From positions 59,731,158 through 59,791,007 of the forward strand of contig NC_068992.1 in assembly GCF_001194135.2 (NCBI RefSeq): a DNA stretch of 59,850 nt, given 5' to 3'. Of the stretch, positions 25,377 to 37,990 are shown piece by piece. The stretch comes from Octopus bimaculoides. Lineage: Eukaryota. The translations under genes were made by a program, and so were the position numbers. How positions within the stretch are numbered: position 1 is the stretch's first letter; every line of letters starts with the position of its first letter. The notes under the pieces were generated by a model. That model saw only the letters and a list, made by a program, of their open reading frames with translations, was not told the DNA's origin and searched no databases.

Positions 25377-25592
25377 CATTTCGAGCGTGGCCGTTTTCGT
25401 GCGGGTGACACGTAAAAGCACCCACTACACTCTCTGAGTGGTTGGCGTTAGGAAGGGCATCCAGCTGTAGAAACTCTGCCAAATCAGACTGGAGCCTGGT
25501 GTTGCCATCCGGTTTCACCAGTCCTCAGTCAAATCGTCCAACCCATGCTAGCATGGAAAGCGGACGTTAAACGATGATGATGATGATGATGA
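25377..25592 (+). mobile_element. Repeat family C, young copy
   Basis: CpG-retaining. Five differences from 49020-49175 over about 150 bp. Confidence 0.85.
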
Positions 25593-25674
25593 ATAAAACC
25601 ATATAGGTAACAATTGATACAAGTATATACAATTATATAAATATAATTGAAATGATAAGGGCACTAATGGGTAG

Positions 25675-25872
25675 TGCCACATGCTAGAAATAGATGCCAC
25701 ATACATACATTCAGACAGTAGTTGGCATTAAGAAAGTCATCCAGCTGTAGAATCCATGTGAAAAGAGATAATTTGAGCCTATTGCAGCTCTCTGGTTTGC
25801 CAGCTCTTATCAAACCATTCAACCTATGCTGATATGGAAAGCAGACATTAAATGATGATGATGATGATGATA
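25675..25872 (+). mobile_element. Repeat family C, old copy
   Basis: gttggcattaagaaagtcatccagctgtaga...ggaaagcagacattaaatgatg. Confidence 0.7.
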
Positions 25873-25908
25873 TATGTATATATATACATATAATACATAC
25901 ATACATAC

Positions 25909-25954
<46 letters not shown>

Positions 25955-26649
25955 NNNNNNNNNNAACTGAGTTTATTAGTTTTTTCCTCCAACATTTTCT
26001 TGAAACTTTGGATGTAATATTTCTTTTTTTTTAAATTGAATTTGCACTGACAGATGAACAATAAATTGAATTGGATTAAATTGAGTTTGAATTTGAAATT
26101 TGAAAAGATTACTATTCAGCCAGACTGAATGTTGATATTGAGATACAACATATGATAAATTATATTAATATGTAGACACACACGCACACATGGACACATG
26201 TACACACACAGATACCCAGGCATGTATGTAAGCATAAATATAAATATATATATTATATATAACATCAAAATATATATATGTATGTGGGCACGAGTGTATG
26301 TGTGTATATATGTGTGTGTGACAACAAATCTTTGTTTTCTTTAATTCTCCAGTGAAATAACTAACGAAGAAGAAAAGAAAAAACAAAAAAGGAATAAAGA
26401 AGTAAGCTAAAATATGATAAATGGATGCTCCTGTTTTGCGTTTGCTTTTACTATAGCAACAAATTTTGACCACCAAATGATGATGATTATGATGATGATT
26501 AAAATAATAATAATAATGATAATGATAATAATAATAACAACAACAATAAATAAAAATATAATAGTAATAATAACAACAACAATAAATAAAAATATAATAG
26601 TAATAATAACAATACTAAATAATAAGAATAACTAAAATAAAAATATATC

Positions 26650-26681
<32 letters not shown>

Positions 26682-26684
<3 letters not shown>

Positions 26685-26900
26685 TTTCAAATTTCGGCAC
26701 AAGGCCAGCAATTTCGGGGGAGGGGATAAGTCGATTAAATCAACCCCAGTGTTCAACTGGTACTTATTTTATCGACCCTGAAAGCATGAAAGGCAAAGTT
26801 GACCTCAGAATGGTATTTGACCTCAGAATGTAAAGACGGACGAAATGCCGCTAAGCACTTTGTCCGGCGTGCTAACGATTCTGTCAGGTCACCACCTTAG
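26682..26900 (-). mobile_element. SINE family A, full length, embedded in (AAT)n
   Basis: Tail, core and head (gccgctaagcactttgtccggcgtgctaacgattctg) all present. Confidence 0.9.
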
Positions 26901-27747
26901 ATAAGCAATAATAATAGCACATTGCAAAATATATTATCAATAATAAATTTTAAAAAAACTTAGAAAAAAAGAAGGTAAATAGAAAAAAACAAAAAAACAA
27001 ACCATAAATCATTGCAAAGTAGTAAAAACTTAGGCAAACATTTTGGTAAAAAAACCCCAAAGAAACAAAGAATAATAAAACAGCATTTGGATAAATTTAA
27101 ACAGAAAAGAAACAATGATATTGCTGCTAAATAATAAAAATAATAAAAATAATAAAAATAGGGAGAATTACACATGATATATGTATGCATATATGAAATA
27201 TATCATTTAATAACAATTTGACTCAGCTCAATGAAACTTAGTTTTGTGAACTTGTAGAACAAGCCTAACTCATCAGGCATTGGAGATGGAGTAACAGGAA
27301 ATGAGACAAATTCAAGCTGACCTTTAGATGTAAGGCCTCTATTGGTCAACTCACATCATATGGTGTTATTGGTTTGAACGTGATGTCAGATCTTATTTTT
27401 TATCTCAGGTACATGTGGTTGCAGAAGAGGATATTAGGAGAGTCTCAAACTCTACATAGAATTCTTTCCACCTGATATTCATGCAATGTATGATACTTTC
27501 CAAATACTTCTGAAATACAGATTCCAGGGTAGGTGAGTAAAATATAAATGAGTAACAAAGATGTAATAAGTGTCAATTCATTATGGCCGGGTTTGAGTGA
27601 CTCCTTTAACTGATCAATGAAAACATTACATCATTACAAAGAAAACCGTTCTCATCAGATGACCACATAGACTTCAAGCATAAGGAACAAGTTAGATATT
27701 TAAACATATTCATATCATTGAGAGCAAATAGTTACAATGATTTACAA

Positions 27748-27781
<34 letters not shown>

Positions 27782-27825
27782 NNNNNNNNNNATATATATA
27801 TATACATATATATACATACATACAT

Positions 27826-27876
<51 letters not shown>

Positions 27877-27892
27877 CAAACATACATACAAT

Positions 27893-28052
27893 AGGTTTCT
27901 TTCATTTGCTGTCTACTAAATCCACTTGCAAGACTTCAGTTCGCATGAGTTAATAGTGGAAGACACTTACCAAATGTGTCATGCTGTGGGACTGAACCTG
28001 GAACCATATGGTTACAAAGCAAGCTTCTTACCACATAGCCACGCCTGTGCCT
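27893..28052 (-). mobile_element. SINE family B, 5' half
   Basis: ctgtgggactgaacctggaaccat...aagcttcttaccacatagccacgcctgtgcctat. Confidence 0.8.
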
Positions 28053-28505
28053 ATAGTGTTAGTCTTCCATGATCCCACTTGATCTGCCATGTGTAATGGC
28101 AAATGCAATGAACTGATATTACTAAAACTATACTGCAGCTTCCAGATATAGCACTGACAGCTGCTAGCAACATCCTATCCAACCAAGTAGAACACAAATA
28201 TGATCTGATATTATTTCCAAAGCCAATAGCATCATGTGATGTGAGCTGATCAATAGAGGTCGTATATCTAGAAACCATCTTCAATTTGTCTCATTTTCTG
28301 TTATTTGATCTCTAAATGTCTGATGAGTTAGGTTCGTTCTATGAGCCTATGAAAATTTAAGTTGCAGGGAAGTGAGTAAAACTGCTTTCAAATAATACCT
28401 GTAAACCATACCAAAAGTGCTAAGTGCCACTTTCTTTCACTTGTCCACTCACTCATGTATATATGTATGTACATATACATATATATATGTGTGTGTGCAT
28501 GTATA

Positions 28506-28560
<55 letters not shown>

Positions 28561-29635
28561 NNNNNNNNNNNNNNNNNNNNNNNNNNNNNNNNNNNNNNNN
28601 NNNNNNNNNNNNNNNNNNNNNNNNNNNNNNNNNNNNNNNNNNNNNNNNNNNNNNNNNNNNNNNNNNNNNNNNNNNNNNNNNNNNNNNNNNNNNNNNNNNN
28701 NNNNNNNNNNNNNNNNNNNNNNNNNNNNNNNNNNNNNNNNNNNNNNNNNNNNNNNNNNNNNNNNNNNNNNNNNNNNNNNNNNNNNNNNNNNNNNNNNNNN
28801 NNNNNNNNNNNNNNNNNNNNNNNNNNNNNNNNNNNNNNNNNNNNNNNNNNNNNNNNNNNNNNNNNNNNNNNNNNNNNNNNNNNNNNNNNNNNNNNNNNNN
28901 NNNNNNNNNNNNNNNNNNNNNNNNNNNNNNNNNNNNNNNNNNNNNNNNNNNNNNNNNNNNNNNNNNNNNNNNNNNNNNNNNNNNNNNNNNNNNNNNNNNN
29001 NNNNNNNNNNNNNNNNNNNNNNNNNNNNNNNNNNNNNNNNNNNNNNNNNNNNNNNNNNNNNNNNNNNNNNNNNNNNNNNNNNNNNNNNNNNNNNNNNNNN
29101 NNNNNNNNNNNNNNNNNNNNNNNNNNNNNNNNNNNNNNNNNNNNNNNNNNNNNNNNNNNNNNNNNNNNNNNNNNNNNNNNNNNNNNNNNNNNNNNNNNNN
29201 NNNNNNNNNNNNNNNNNNNNNNNNNNNNNNNNNNNNNNNNNNNNNNNNNNNNNNNNNNNNNNNNNNNNNNNNNNNNNNNNNNNNNNNNNNNNNNNNNNNN
29301 CAATAGCAAATAACCATTTCTCTAGCTACCTTCTACAACTAAGTTCAAACAGATTTCTTGCAATCATTCATTTTTTTGTTGTGGGGCTGGGGGCAGTAAA
29401 GCAAGCAAATCAATACAGAAATTAAGACAAAGAAATTTAATTATCTCAATTAAGTAAAATAATAATAAAAAATTTATGACAAATTAATTAAAACAAGGAA
29501 AGCTATAAGCTGCCATATTCTTTGAAGTAAGGCTGGCAAAAATAATAACAACAACAACAATGATGATGATGATGATGATAATGATGTTTGAGGATCAATA
29601 ATAATGATGATAATGATGATGATGATGATAATAGT

Positions 29636-29970
29636 TTTTTCTACTACAGGCACAAAGGGCCCAGAATTTTGTGTGAAGGAGCTAGTCAATTTCACCGACC
29701 CCCAGTGTTTGACTGGTATTTATTTTATTGATCCTGAAAGAATGAAAGGCAAAGTCAACTTTGCTGAAATTTGAACTTGGAACATATAGTTGGAAGAAGT
29801 GACTCTAAGGATTTTGTTTGGCATGCTAACCATTCTGCCAGCTCAAATAACAATAAAAACAAAAATATGATAACCATAAAATCTCTTTCTAATTTGAGCT
29901 CAGAATATAAAGAGCTGGAAGAAGTACTGCTTAAGTATTTTGTCCAACACATGATTCTACTTGCTCTTTG
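29636..29970 (-). mobile_element. Two tandem SINE A copies (one full, one head only)
   Basis: ctactacaggcacaaagg...gaaaggcaaagtcaac...gctaaccattctgccagctc, followed by a second atttgagctcagaat...ctgcttaagtattttgtcc. Confidence 0.75.
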
Positions 29971-30183
29971 CCCTCTCGTTACCATATTTATTTTGAGATG
30001 CTCTGTGTTTCTTTCAATTAATTTTTAAATATAACAAAGAATTTAGTCACAATTTATGTTCCTAAATGATAACGAATTTATTTTACTAAGGTTTGGTGGA
30101 AGATTTTAATTCAAAACTTATGAAAGCAAGACATTTGTACTACAGAGCCAGAGGCGGTTTCAGCCGGGTTGGTATCGAAAGGG
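29971..30183. mobile_element. piggyBac-like MITE
   Basis: TIRs ccctctcgttacca / tggtatcgaaaggg (12/14), followed by ttaa. Confidence 0.65.
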
Positions 30184-30402
30184 TTAACAAGAAGCATAAA
30201 TCCTTTCTAATTGCGACACAAGGCTAGCAATTTTGAAGGGAGTGAGCAATACAGTTGCATCAAACAAGTTCCTGACAGGTATTATATTTTGTCAACAAAA
30301 TAAATACCTGTTAGGTATTTGGACTCAGAATGTAAAGAACAATAATGAATGTCACTGTACAGTTTGATGCATTAATGATTCTGACAGTCCACAACCTTAG
30401 TA

Positions 30403-30622
30403 ATCCTTTCTACTTAAAGAATCAAGGCCTGAAATTTTGGTGGGAGGGACTTATAGATTATATTGATCCCAGTGAGCTACTGGTACTTATTTTATTGACT
30501 CTGAAAGGATGAAAGACAAGCCCCCAGCTCAGCAGAACTTGAATTCAGAACGTAAAGACAGACAAAACGCTGCTAAGCATTTTGTCTGGTATGCAAATGG
30601 TTCTGCCAACTCACTGCCTTTT
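30403..30622 (-). mobile_element. SINE family A, full length
   Basis: aatcctttctact...ggcctgaaattt...gaaaggatgaaag...ttctgccaactcactgcc. Confidence 0.85.
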
Positions 30623-30900
30623 TTTTGCAACCTAAATAATAATGAATGAAATAGGAAATAAAAATAGCTTCTGACAATGCAGTAAGTTTTAAAAAACCTT
30701 TATATTTCAGGTATAAATGCCTGTTTCATGAAGAATACAGTTAAGGAAATGTGCATTTATATAGATCCTGCCATTTTGGATTGTCTGCTACAAGCATAAG
30801 TACCAGACTATCTAAAATAATAGGATCTATTTAAATACACGTTTCTTTGTATTTTTCTGAAGATGGGCCTTTGCACTTGAAATATAAAAATTATTTAAAC

Positions 30901-30937
<37 letters not shown>

Positions 30938-31408
30938 GTATATGCATATGTGTTGAAGCATCAACATTCAAACACATGCTTGCCTTCACTCTCTCTTTCA
31001 TACTCAAATACAGATGTGTTCTTGTGGGCAATGCACACACACACGCACACAGACACACATAGACACACACACATGTGTGTGTGTGTATGTCTGTGTTTAT
31101 ATGTATGTGTATATATGTGTATTTGTACACACACACACACACACACACACACAGATATATATACACACATATATGGATACACACACACATGCGCATTCAA
31201 GCATTCACACTTTTATAGGCATGTATAAACTGATGATGTAATAACAACTTAGAAACTTCAAGAGAACGTGAAATAATTCTCGTTTGGAATAGTGGATTTT
31301 GTAGCGCACAGATAAAACTATAAATAACAGCATTTTTCTGTCCCAAAAAGGATTTTTCATCTCAGTATTTACATGCTAATATTTTAAGTTTTATGTGCTT
31401 GAAGACTC

Positions 31409-31685
31409 AGAATCTTGGGGTTAGTAGCCGCCCTCTTAACCACTACACCACAGGCATATGGCATATTGATTAAGAGCGCGGGCTACTAACCCCAAGATTC
31501 TAAGTTCGATTCCAGGCAGTGACTAGAATAATAATAATAATAATAACATCGAAAAATACCTTAGGAATGAGAACCCAGGTTCGAAAATTCCCCAGGTTAC
31601 CTGCAGAAGGCTGGAGGGTATATCAGCCTAAACATTGTGTTAACAACGAAGATGAGGACAAATATCTGTCAAATGTAAATAATGG
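31409..31685 (+). mobile_element. Composite element: inverted tRNA-like heads, (AAT)n, decayed hammerhead-like core
   Basis: Arms 31409-31439 / 31470-31501 are inverted. B-box-like gttcgattcc at about 31504. ctgcaga-aggctg-loop-cagcc-taaac at 31601-31633. Confidence 0.55.
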
Positions 31686-32062
31686 TACTTATTTTATTCA
31701 CCCCAAAAGGATGAAAGGCAAACTTGAACTCAGAATGTCAAGACAGATGAAATATTGCTAAGCATTTTGTCCAGCATGCTAACAATTCTATCAATTTGCT
31801 GCCTGAAACAATAGCCACTAATATTCCTTTCTACTAAAGGTACAAAATCTGAAACTTTGGGAGGAGTTTGGGGGCAGACTCTAGTTGATTACATCGACCC
31901 TTGTGCTTAACTGGTGTTGATGGAATCTACTGGTTCCTCCTCTCTCCCAAGGATGAAAGGCAAAGTTGATCTTAGTTGAGTTTGAACTCAGAAAGTAAAG
32001 ACAGACGAAATGCTGCTACGCATTTGCCAGGCATGCTAATGGCTGTGTCAGCTTGCTGCCTT
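31686..32062 (-). mobile_element. Two tandem SINE A copies
   Basis: Both end in ...ttgctgcc(t)tgaaacaatagccactaata, a shared flank. Confidence 0.8.
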
Positions 32063-32284
32063 AAACAATAGCCACTAATATCACCTACTGTAAGGTGCCT
32101 GTTTCCAAGTAACATATATTCCTCATGGCCGGACATGTTTTTGCAGAAGACTGGAAATGAATGACACTGCTTGTATGATAGTGACACTTATTTACAACTA
32201 TGATGTAACCTGAAGACAAGAAGAATAAATTCACACACACTCACACACACACATATACACCTGTACATACATACTTACACATAC

Positions 32285-32458
32285 ACACACAAAATCATGC
32301 AGTGAACTTCTTTCAGTTTCTGTCTCCCAAACCCATTCACAAGGGTTTGATTGGCCCAAGACTATCGTAGAATACACTTGCCCAAGGTGCCACACAATGA
32401 GACTGAACCTGGAACCATGTGGTTGGGAAGCAAGCTTCTTAACCACACAGCCACATGC
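32285..32458 (-). mobile_element. SINE family B, 5' half
   Basis: cttgcccaaggtgccacacaatgagactgaacctggaaccatgtggttgggaagcaagc. Confidence 0.85.
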
Positions 32459-32518
32459 ATGCAAAACATCATACTTACTTACGCATATCTTCATGTAAAT
32501 ACATACTGCATACATACA

Positions 32519-32551
<33 letters not shown>

Positions 32552-32649
32552 NNNNNNNNNNNNNNNNNNNNNNNNNNNNNNNNNNNNNNNNNNNNNNNNN
32601 NNNNNNNNNNNNNNNNNNNNNNNNNNNNNNNNNNNNNNNNNNNNNNNNN

Positions 32650-32698
<49 letters not shown>

Positions 32699-32802
32699 AT
32701 ATATATATACACATACACACACATATATATGTATATATATACATACATTATATATGCAGATACACACACATATCTATATAGATACATACTTTCATATGAA
32801 GG

Positions 32803-33070
32803 CATGTGGCTAGGATAGTTAGGGTGTTTCATTTAGGATCATAGTATCCTGGGTTCTATTCCTGAACAGGGTAGCATGTTGTGTTCTTGAGCAAGGCACT
32901 TCATTTCACATTACTCAAGTTTACTCAACTGGAAGTGAGAACCAGCTGAATGCTGGTGCAGCTCCATCTTCCTCCAGCTGCCACATCGCAGATGTGCCAC
33001 TGGATCAAAGGATGAGAGAGTTGAGTAGGTTCCACATCAGCTCATAACTATATAGGCACCAAAAACGATT
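32803..33070 (+). mobile_element. SINE family D
   Basis: ggcatgtggctaggatagttagggtg...ttgtgttcttgagcaaggcacttcatttcac. Confidence 0.65.
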
Positions 33071-33404
33071 AGTGGAGTGACGGCTGGTTCTAACATACTT
33101 TCATATACCAAAATATAACCACAAAAACTTTATATACTCACATATACACATATGCACATACTCTCATATATATATATATATACACGCATATACATACACA
33201 CATACATGCATTTTCATGTATACAGCCAGAATTTCCGTTTGTATTTTATTTGCTAAGTTTCAAGGAAGAGGCAGTACTAGTAGTCTAGAGCTACTAAAGT
33301 TGGTGAGGTTGATGTCGTGAATATGGTGCTTAAACCTTTGCAAAGGCTACCAGAAATATTGTGCAGGGAAACAATTCCAGAAGGAGGATATTTTGGGGCT
33401 TAGT

Positions 33405-33635
33405 GGTTTGGGTGTTGGGTTCCTAACTATAAGATTGTGGTTTTGGTTCCTGAACTGGGTGACGCATTGTGTTCTTGAGCAAAGTACTTCATTTCCCATT
33501 GCACCAGTCCACTCAGCTGGCAAAAATTAATAATCCTGTGATGGACCAGTGTCCCATCCAGTGGGGAAGATATATGCGCCATGGAAACTAGGAAACTGGC
33601 CCTATGAGCTTGTATGATTTGGAAAGGATTTTTAT
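33405..33635 (+). mobile_element. SINE family D, full length
   Basis: Aligns with 7150-7392 (ccagtccactcagctggcaaaa...ggaaactggccctatgag). Confidence 0.75.
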
Positions 33636-33697
33636 CTTTTATCTGATAGGGGTTAGGGTAGAGTCAGGAGGGTGTTGGATACAACATGGATGATGAG

Positions 33698-33958
33698 CAG
33701 TGGTGTAGCTAGAGTGTGTGTTGCCTGGGGCAGCCCTTCAATTTGCTGTGCCCAGGCCTCCCCACAATAAATACATATTGCACAGTGATTATATTGATTG
33801 TGACATTTAACGGTGAGTAGTGTCCATGTCCTGACATTAAAACCCACTATTATTTGATTTCAGTACAGCCTATACAAGCTTATAGCCTACAACAGAGCCC
33901 TGTAAAAGTGCCACCTGGGGTGGACCGTCACCTCCACCCCACTCTAACTGCACTAGTG
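33698..33958. mobile_element. hAT MITE
   Basis: Ends CAGTGGTGTAGCTAG / CTAACTGCACTAGTG (imperfect TIR). 8-bp TSD atgatgag / ttgatgag (7/8). Confidence 0.7.
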
Positions 33959-34059
33959 TTGATGAGAAGAGAGAGAGAATGGCCGAGTAGAGGTTGTATG
34001 AGAGTAGCCAAAGTTGAGCAGCTGACGACATTGCAGTGGTTGTAGGGCCAGAAGATGGT

Positions 34060-34500
34060 GACGGGGATGGGGATGATAATGATGATGATGATGATGTTGA
34101 TGTGGAATATGATGATGGTGGTGGTGGTGAGGATGAGGAAGAATAGATTGATTGCGGTGGCAGTGGTTGTGCTTGTGATGGTGGTAGTAGAGGTGACAGT
34201 GGGGATGATGGCAATGATGCTAATGACAGTGGTGGCAATGATGAGGAGTAGGAGTAAGAAGAGGATGGTGGTGGTAGTGTTGAGGATAATGAAAATGATG
34301 ACGACGATAATGGTGGTGGTGGTGGTGGTGGTGGTTATAGCATTGATGAGGAGAAGACGGTCGATTGTGGTGGTGGTGATGATGATGATAATGTTGGTGA
34401 TGATTAAGAAGATAATGACAGTGAAGATGATGATGACGGTGGTGTAGTGATGATGATGATGATGATGAAGATAGTGATGATGATGGGGATGATAATGTGG
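34060..34500. repeat. (GAT)/(GGT) trinucleotide tract
   Basis: Direct reading. Explains the low-complexity ORFs here. Confidence 0.9.
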
Positions 34501-34934
34501 AAAGTGATACAGATGTACATATAAAAAAACAAAAGAACCCAAAAGAGGCAACGAGTCATCATGAATTAAACATCGTTAATCTTATTTCCGAGCAAATAGA
34601 GTTAATTAATATACCGAAGACACACATCGTTATACGCATACAAACACTTATATAAACATATACTCTCATACACATATACACATACACATCATATAGACAC
34701 TCATAAACACATATGCACGCTGGCAAACAATGCCACAAGAAAAAAAAGTACATAAGCACATATGGATACATGGTGCCACATGTATAGATGACAAATATTG
34801 CATCACATGAAGATATAAATACATAGAATTACAAACTTACATGATTCATAGAGCTGCATACACCCAGACACAGGAACAACACACAAACACACACATATAT
34901 ATATATATGTATATATACATATATATATAACTGG

Positions 34935-35265
34935 CACCCATGCTAGTGACCCGTAAAGAACACTTTTCGAGCATTGGGCCTCATGGAGGCAAAGTGGTTT
35001 CTTTCGAGTGTTGGGCCTGATGGAGGCAATGACTGAGGCCTCTGGCATTATGCTGTGCTTGAGAAGAAGAACCATCATGCGGAACAAAATCACAGTCATG
35101 GCAGATACCAGTGTGACGCAAATGGCACCCATTCTAGTGACACGTAAAAGCACCTTGGTGCCATGCAAATTGCACCTGTGCTGGTGGCAATTAAAAACAC
35201 TCATTACACTCTTGGAGTGGTTGGCATTAGGAAGGGCATCCAACCATAGAAAACCATGCCAAATC
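34935..35265 (+). mobile_element. Repeat family C, longer 5'-extended copy running into a gap
   Basis: gtgacacgtaaaagcacc...ggagtggttggcattaggaagggcatcc, preceded by an internal duplicated ttcgagc/gttgggcc..atggaggcaa block. Confidence 0.75.
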
Positions 35266-36216
35266 NNNNNNNNNNNNNNNNNNNNNNNNNNNNNNNNNNN
35301 NNNNNNNNNNNNNNNNNNNNNNNNNNNNNNNNNNNNNNNNNNNNNNNNNNNNNNNNNNNNNNNNNNNNNNNNNNNNNNNNNNNNNNNNNNNNNNNNNNNN
35401 NNNNNNNNNNNNNNNNNNNNNNNNNNNNNNNNNNNNNNNNNNNNNNNNNNNNNNNNNNNNNNNNNNNNNNNNNNNNNNNNNNNNNNNNNNNNNNNNNNNN
35501 NNNNNNNNNNNNNNNNNNNNNNNNNNNNNNNNNNNNNNNNNNNNNNNNNNNNNNNNNNNNNNNNNNNNNNNNNNNNNNNNNNNNNNNNNNNNNNNNNNNN
35601 NNNNNNNNNNNNNNNNNNNNNNNNNNNNNNNNNNNNNNNNNNNNNNNNNNNNNNNNNNNNNNNNNNNNNNNNNNNNNNNNNNNNNNNNNNNNNNNNNNNN
35701 NNNNNNNNNNNNNNNNNNNNNNNNNNNNNNNNNNNNNNNNNNNNNNNNNNNNNNNNNNNNNNNNNNNNNNNNNNNNNNNNNNNNNNNNNNNNNNNNNNNN
35801 NNNNNNNNNNNNNNNNNNNNNNNNNNNNNNNNNNNNNNNNNNNNNNNNNNNNNNNNNNNNNNNNNNNNNNNNNNNNNNNNNNNNNNNNNNNNNNNNNNNN
35901 NNNNNNNNNNNNNNNNNNNNNNNNNNNNNNNNNNNNNNNNNNNNNNNNNNNNNNNNNNNNNNNNNNNNNNNNNNNNNNNNNNNNNNNNNNNNNNNNNNNN
36001 NNNNNNNNNNNNNNNNNNNNNNNNNNNNNNNNNNNNNNNNNNNNNNNNNNNNNNNNNNNNNNNNNNNNNNNNNNNNNNNNNNNNNNNNNNNNNNNNNNNN
36101 NNNNNNNNNNNNNNNNNNNNNNNNNNNNNNNNNNNNNNNNNNNNNNNNNNNNNNNNNNNNNNNNNNNNNNNNNNNNNNNNNNNNNNNNNNNNNNNNNNNN
36201 NNNNNNNNNNNNNNNN

Positions 36217-36299
<83 letters not shown>

Positions 36300-36412
36300 C
36301 TTGTGTGCATGTATGTATGATTGCATCTATGTATGCATGTTTGTATGTATGTATGTATATATGTATGTGTGTATGTTTATATGTATATAAATGCATACAA
36401 CTGTGGTTAGAA

Positions 36413-36426
36413 GTTACCATAGCAAC
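36413..36426. promoter_or_regulatory. Candidate RFX X-box
   Basis: GTTACCATAGCAAC matches the RFX consensus GTTNCCATRGNAAC. Motif match only. Confidence 0.3.
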
Positions 36427-36827
36427 ACAGCAAGAGCCACAACAAGAACAACAAAAATCTAAGCTAAACTCTTCTAAAGGCAGAATATTTCGAGCTGACA
36501 GAACATATTCATTTATTTGTTTTCTCCAAATTTCATTTTAAATTGGAAATTATATGTGCATACATTAGAAAATTTGAAGAATGTGATATATATATAAAGC
36601 GTGTACATTATTTACACATGTATGTATTTCTTCTTTTCTAAAATGAGATATAAAAATGTGTATATAACATGATTATATATTTGTACTTTTGTAAAATGTG
36701 ACATAAATATATATGTATTATATGTGGGTGTATATATTTGCATATTTCTAGAATGTAATATGTATATATTTTATGTCTTTATTTGTAACTTTCTGAAACG
36801 GAATATATAATATGTATATATAACATG

Positions 36828-36906
<79 letters not shown>

Positions 36907-37069
36907 TTTCTAAAATGTGAGATAAATATAAATGCATTTTGTGTGTGTATTTACATTTTTTAAAAGGTAATTTAAATGTGTATGTATTTTATGTTTGTGT
37001 GTATTTGTAATTTTCTAAACTTGTGTATGTAATATGTAAATGTATTCTGTGCATACATTTGCTGTGTTC

Positions 37070-37170
37070 ACAACTGATCCCATCAATTGGTTTCGCACTA
37101 GGGGTTCAATGGAGTGTTAGGTTACAATCTGATTATGTAACCCTGAACTCATCAGAGGTAGCTGCTATGG
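37070..37170. repeat. Dispersed repeat, also at about 41530-41650
   Basis: taggggttcaatgga...tctgattatgtaaccctg..ctc.tcagaggtagctg.tatggaatg in both. Confidence 0.75.
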
Positions 37171-37224
37171 AATGTGTGTGTATGTGTATGTGTCTGTGTG
37201 TGTGTGTGTGTATATGTGAAGGTA

Positions 37225-37490
37225 CATGGCTTAGTGGTTAAGGTATTCAGCTCATGATCATTAAGTGAGGAGTTTGATTCCTGGCAGTGTGTTTTGTCCT
37301 TGAGCAAGACATTCTATTTCACATTACTCCGGTCTGCTCGGGGGCAAAATTTGAGTTGTACTTGTATTTCAAAGAGCTAGCCTGTGTTCCTGAGAACTAT
37401 ATTAAGAGTGCATGTGTTAATGAGCAGGTTATTCTGTTGATCAGATCAACTGGAACACTCATTGTCATAACTGATGTTGTGCCAGTTTAT
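37225..37490 (+). mobile_element. SINE family D variant
   Basis: catggcttagtggttaaggtattcagctcatgatc...gagtttgattcctggc...ccttgagcaagac (A and B boxes). Confidence 0.75.
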
Positions 37491-37544
37491 ATATATCTAT
37501 ATGTATATATATTATATATGTGTGTATATCTATCTATCTATCTA

Positions 37545-37581
<37 letters not shown>

Positions 37582-37950
37582 ATATAAGGTAGCAAAAAGT
37601 TTAGAAATTTCACTACCAGTGGCCTNNNNNNNNNNNNNNNNNNNNNNNNNNNNNNNNNNNNNNNNNNNNNNNNNNNNNNNNNNNNNNNNNNNNNNNNNNN
37701 NNNNNNNNNNNNNNNNNNNNNNNNNNNNNNNNNNNNNNNNNNNNNNNNNNNNNNNNNNNNNNNNNNNNNNNNNNNNNNNNNNNNNNNNNNNNNNNNNNNN
37801 NNNNNNNNNNNNNNNNNNNNNNNNNNNNNNNNNNNNNNNNNNNNNNNNNNNNNNNNNNNNNNNNNNNNNNNNNNNNNNNNNNNNNNNNNNNNNNNNNNNN
37901 NNNNNNNNNNNNNNNNNNNNNNNNNNNNNNNNNNNNNNNNNNNNNNNNNN

Positions 37951-37990
<40 letters not shown>

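Noticed and set aside
28051-28284. Minus-strand ORF with AIGFGN...AVSAISGSCSIVLVISV, vaguely like a K+ channel pore plus S6
   Set aside because: Spacing does not match SK (GYGD-IVP-TYCGR is absent), there is no convincing donor, and SK pore exons are highly conserved, so a real one would be obvious.
33870-34551. Long Ser/Thr/Ile/Met-rich ORFs on both strands
   Set aside because: Products of GAT/GGT trinucleotide repeats, with no splice or homology support.
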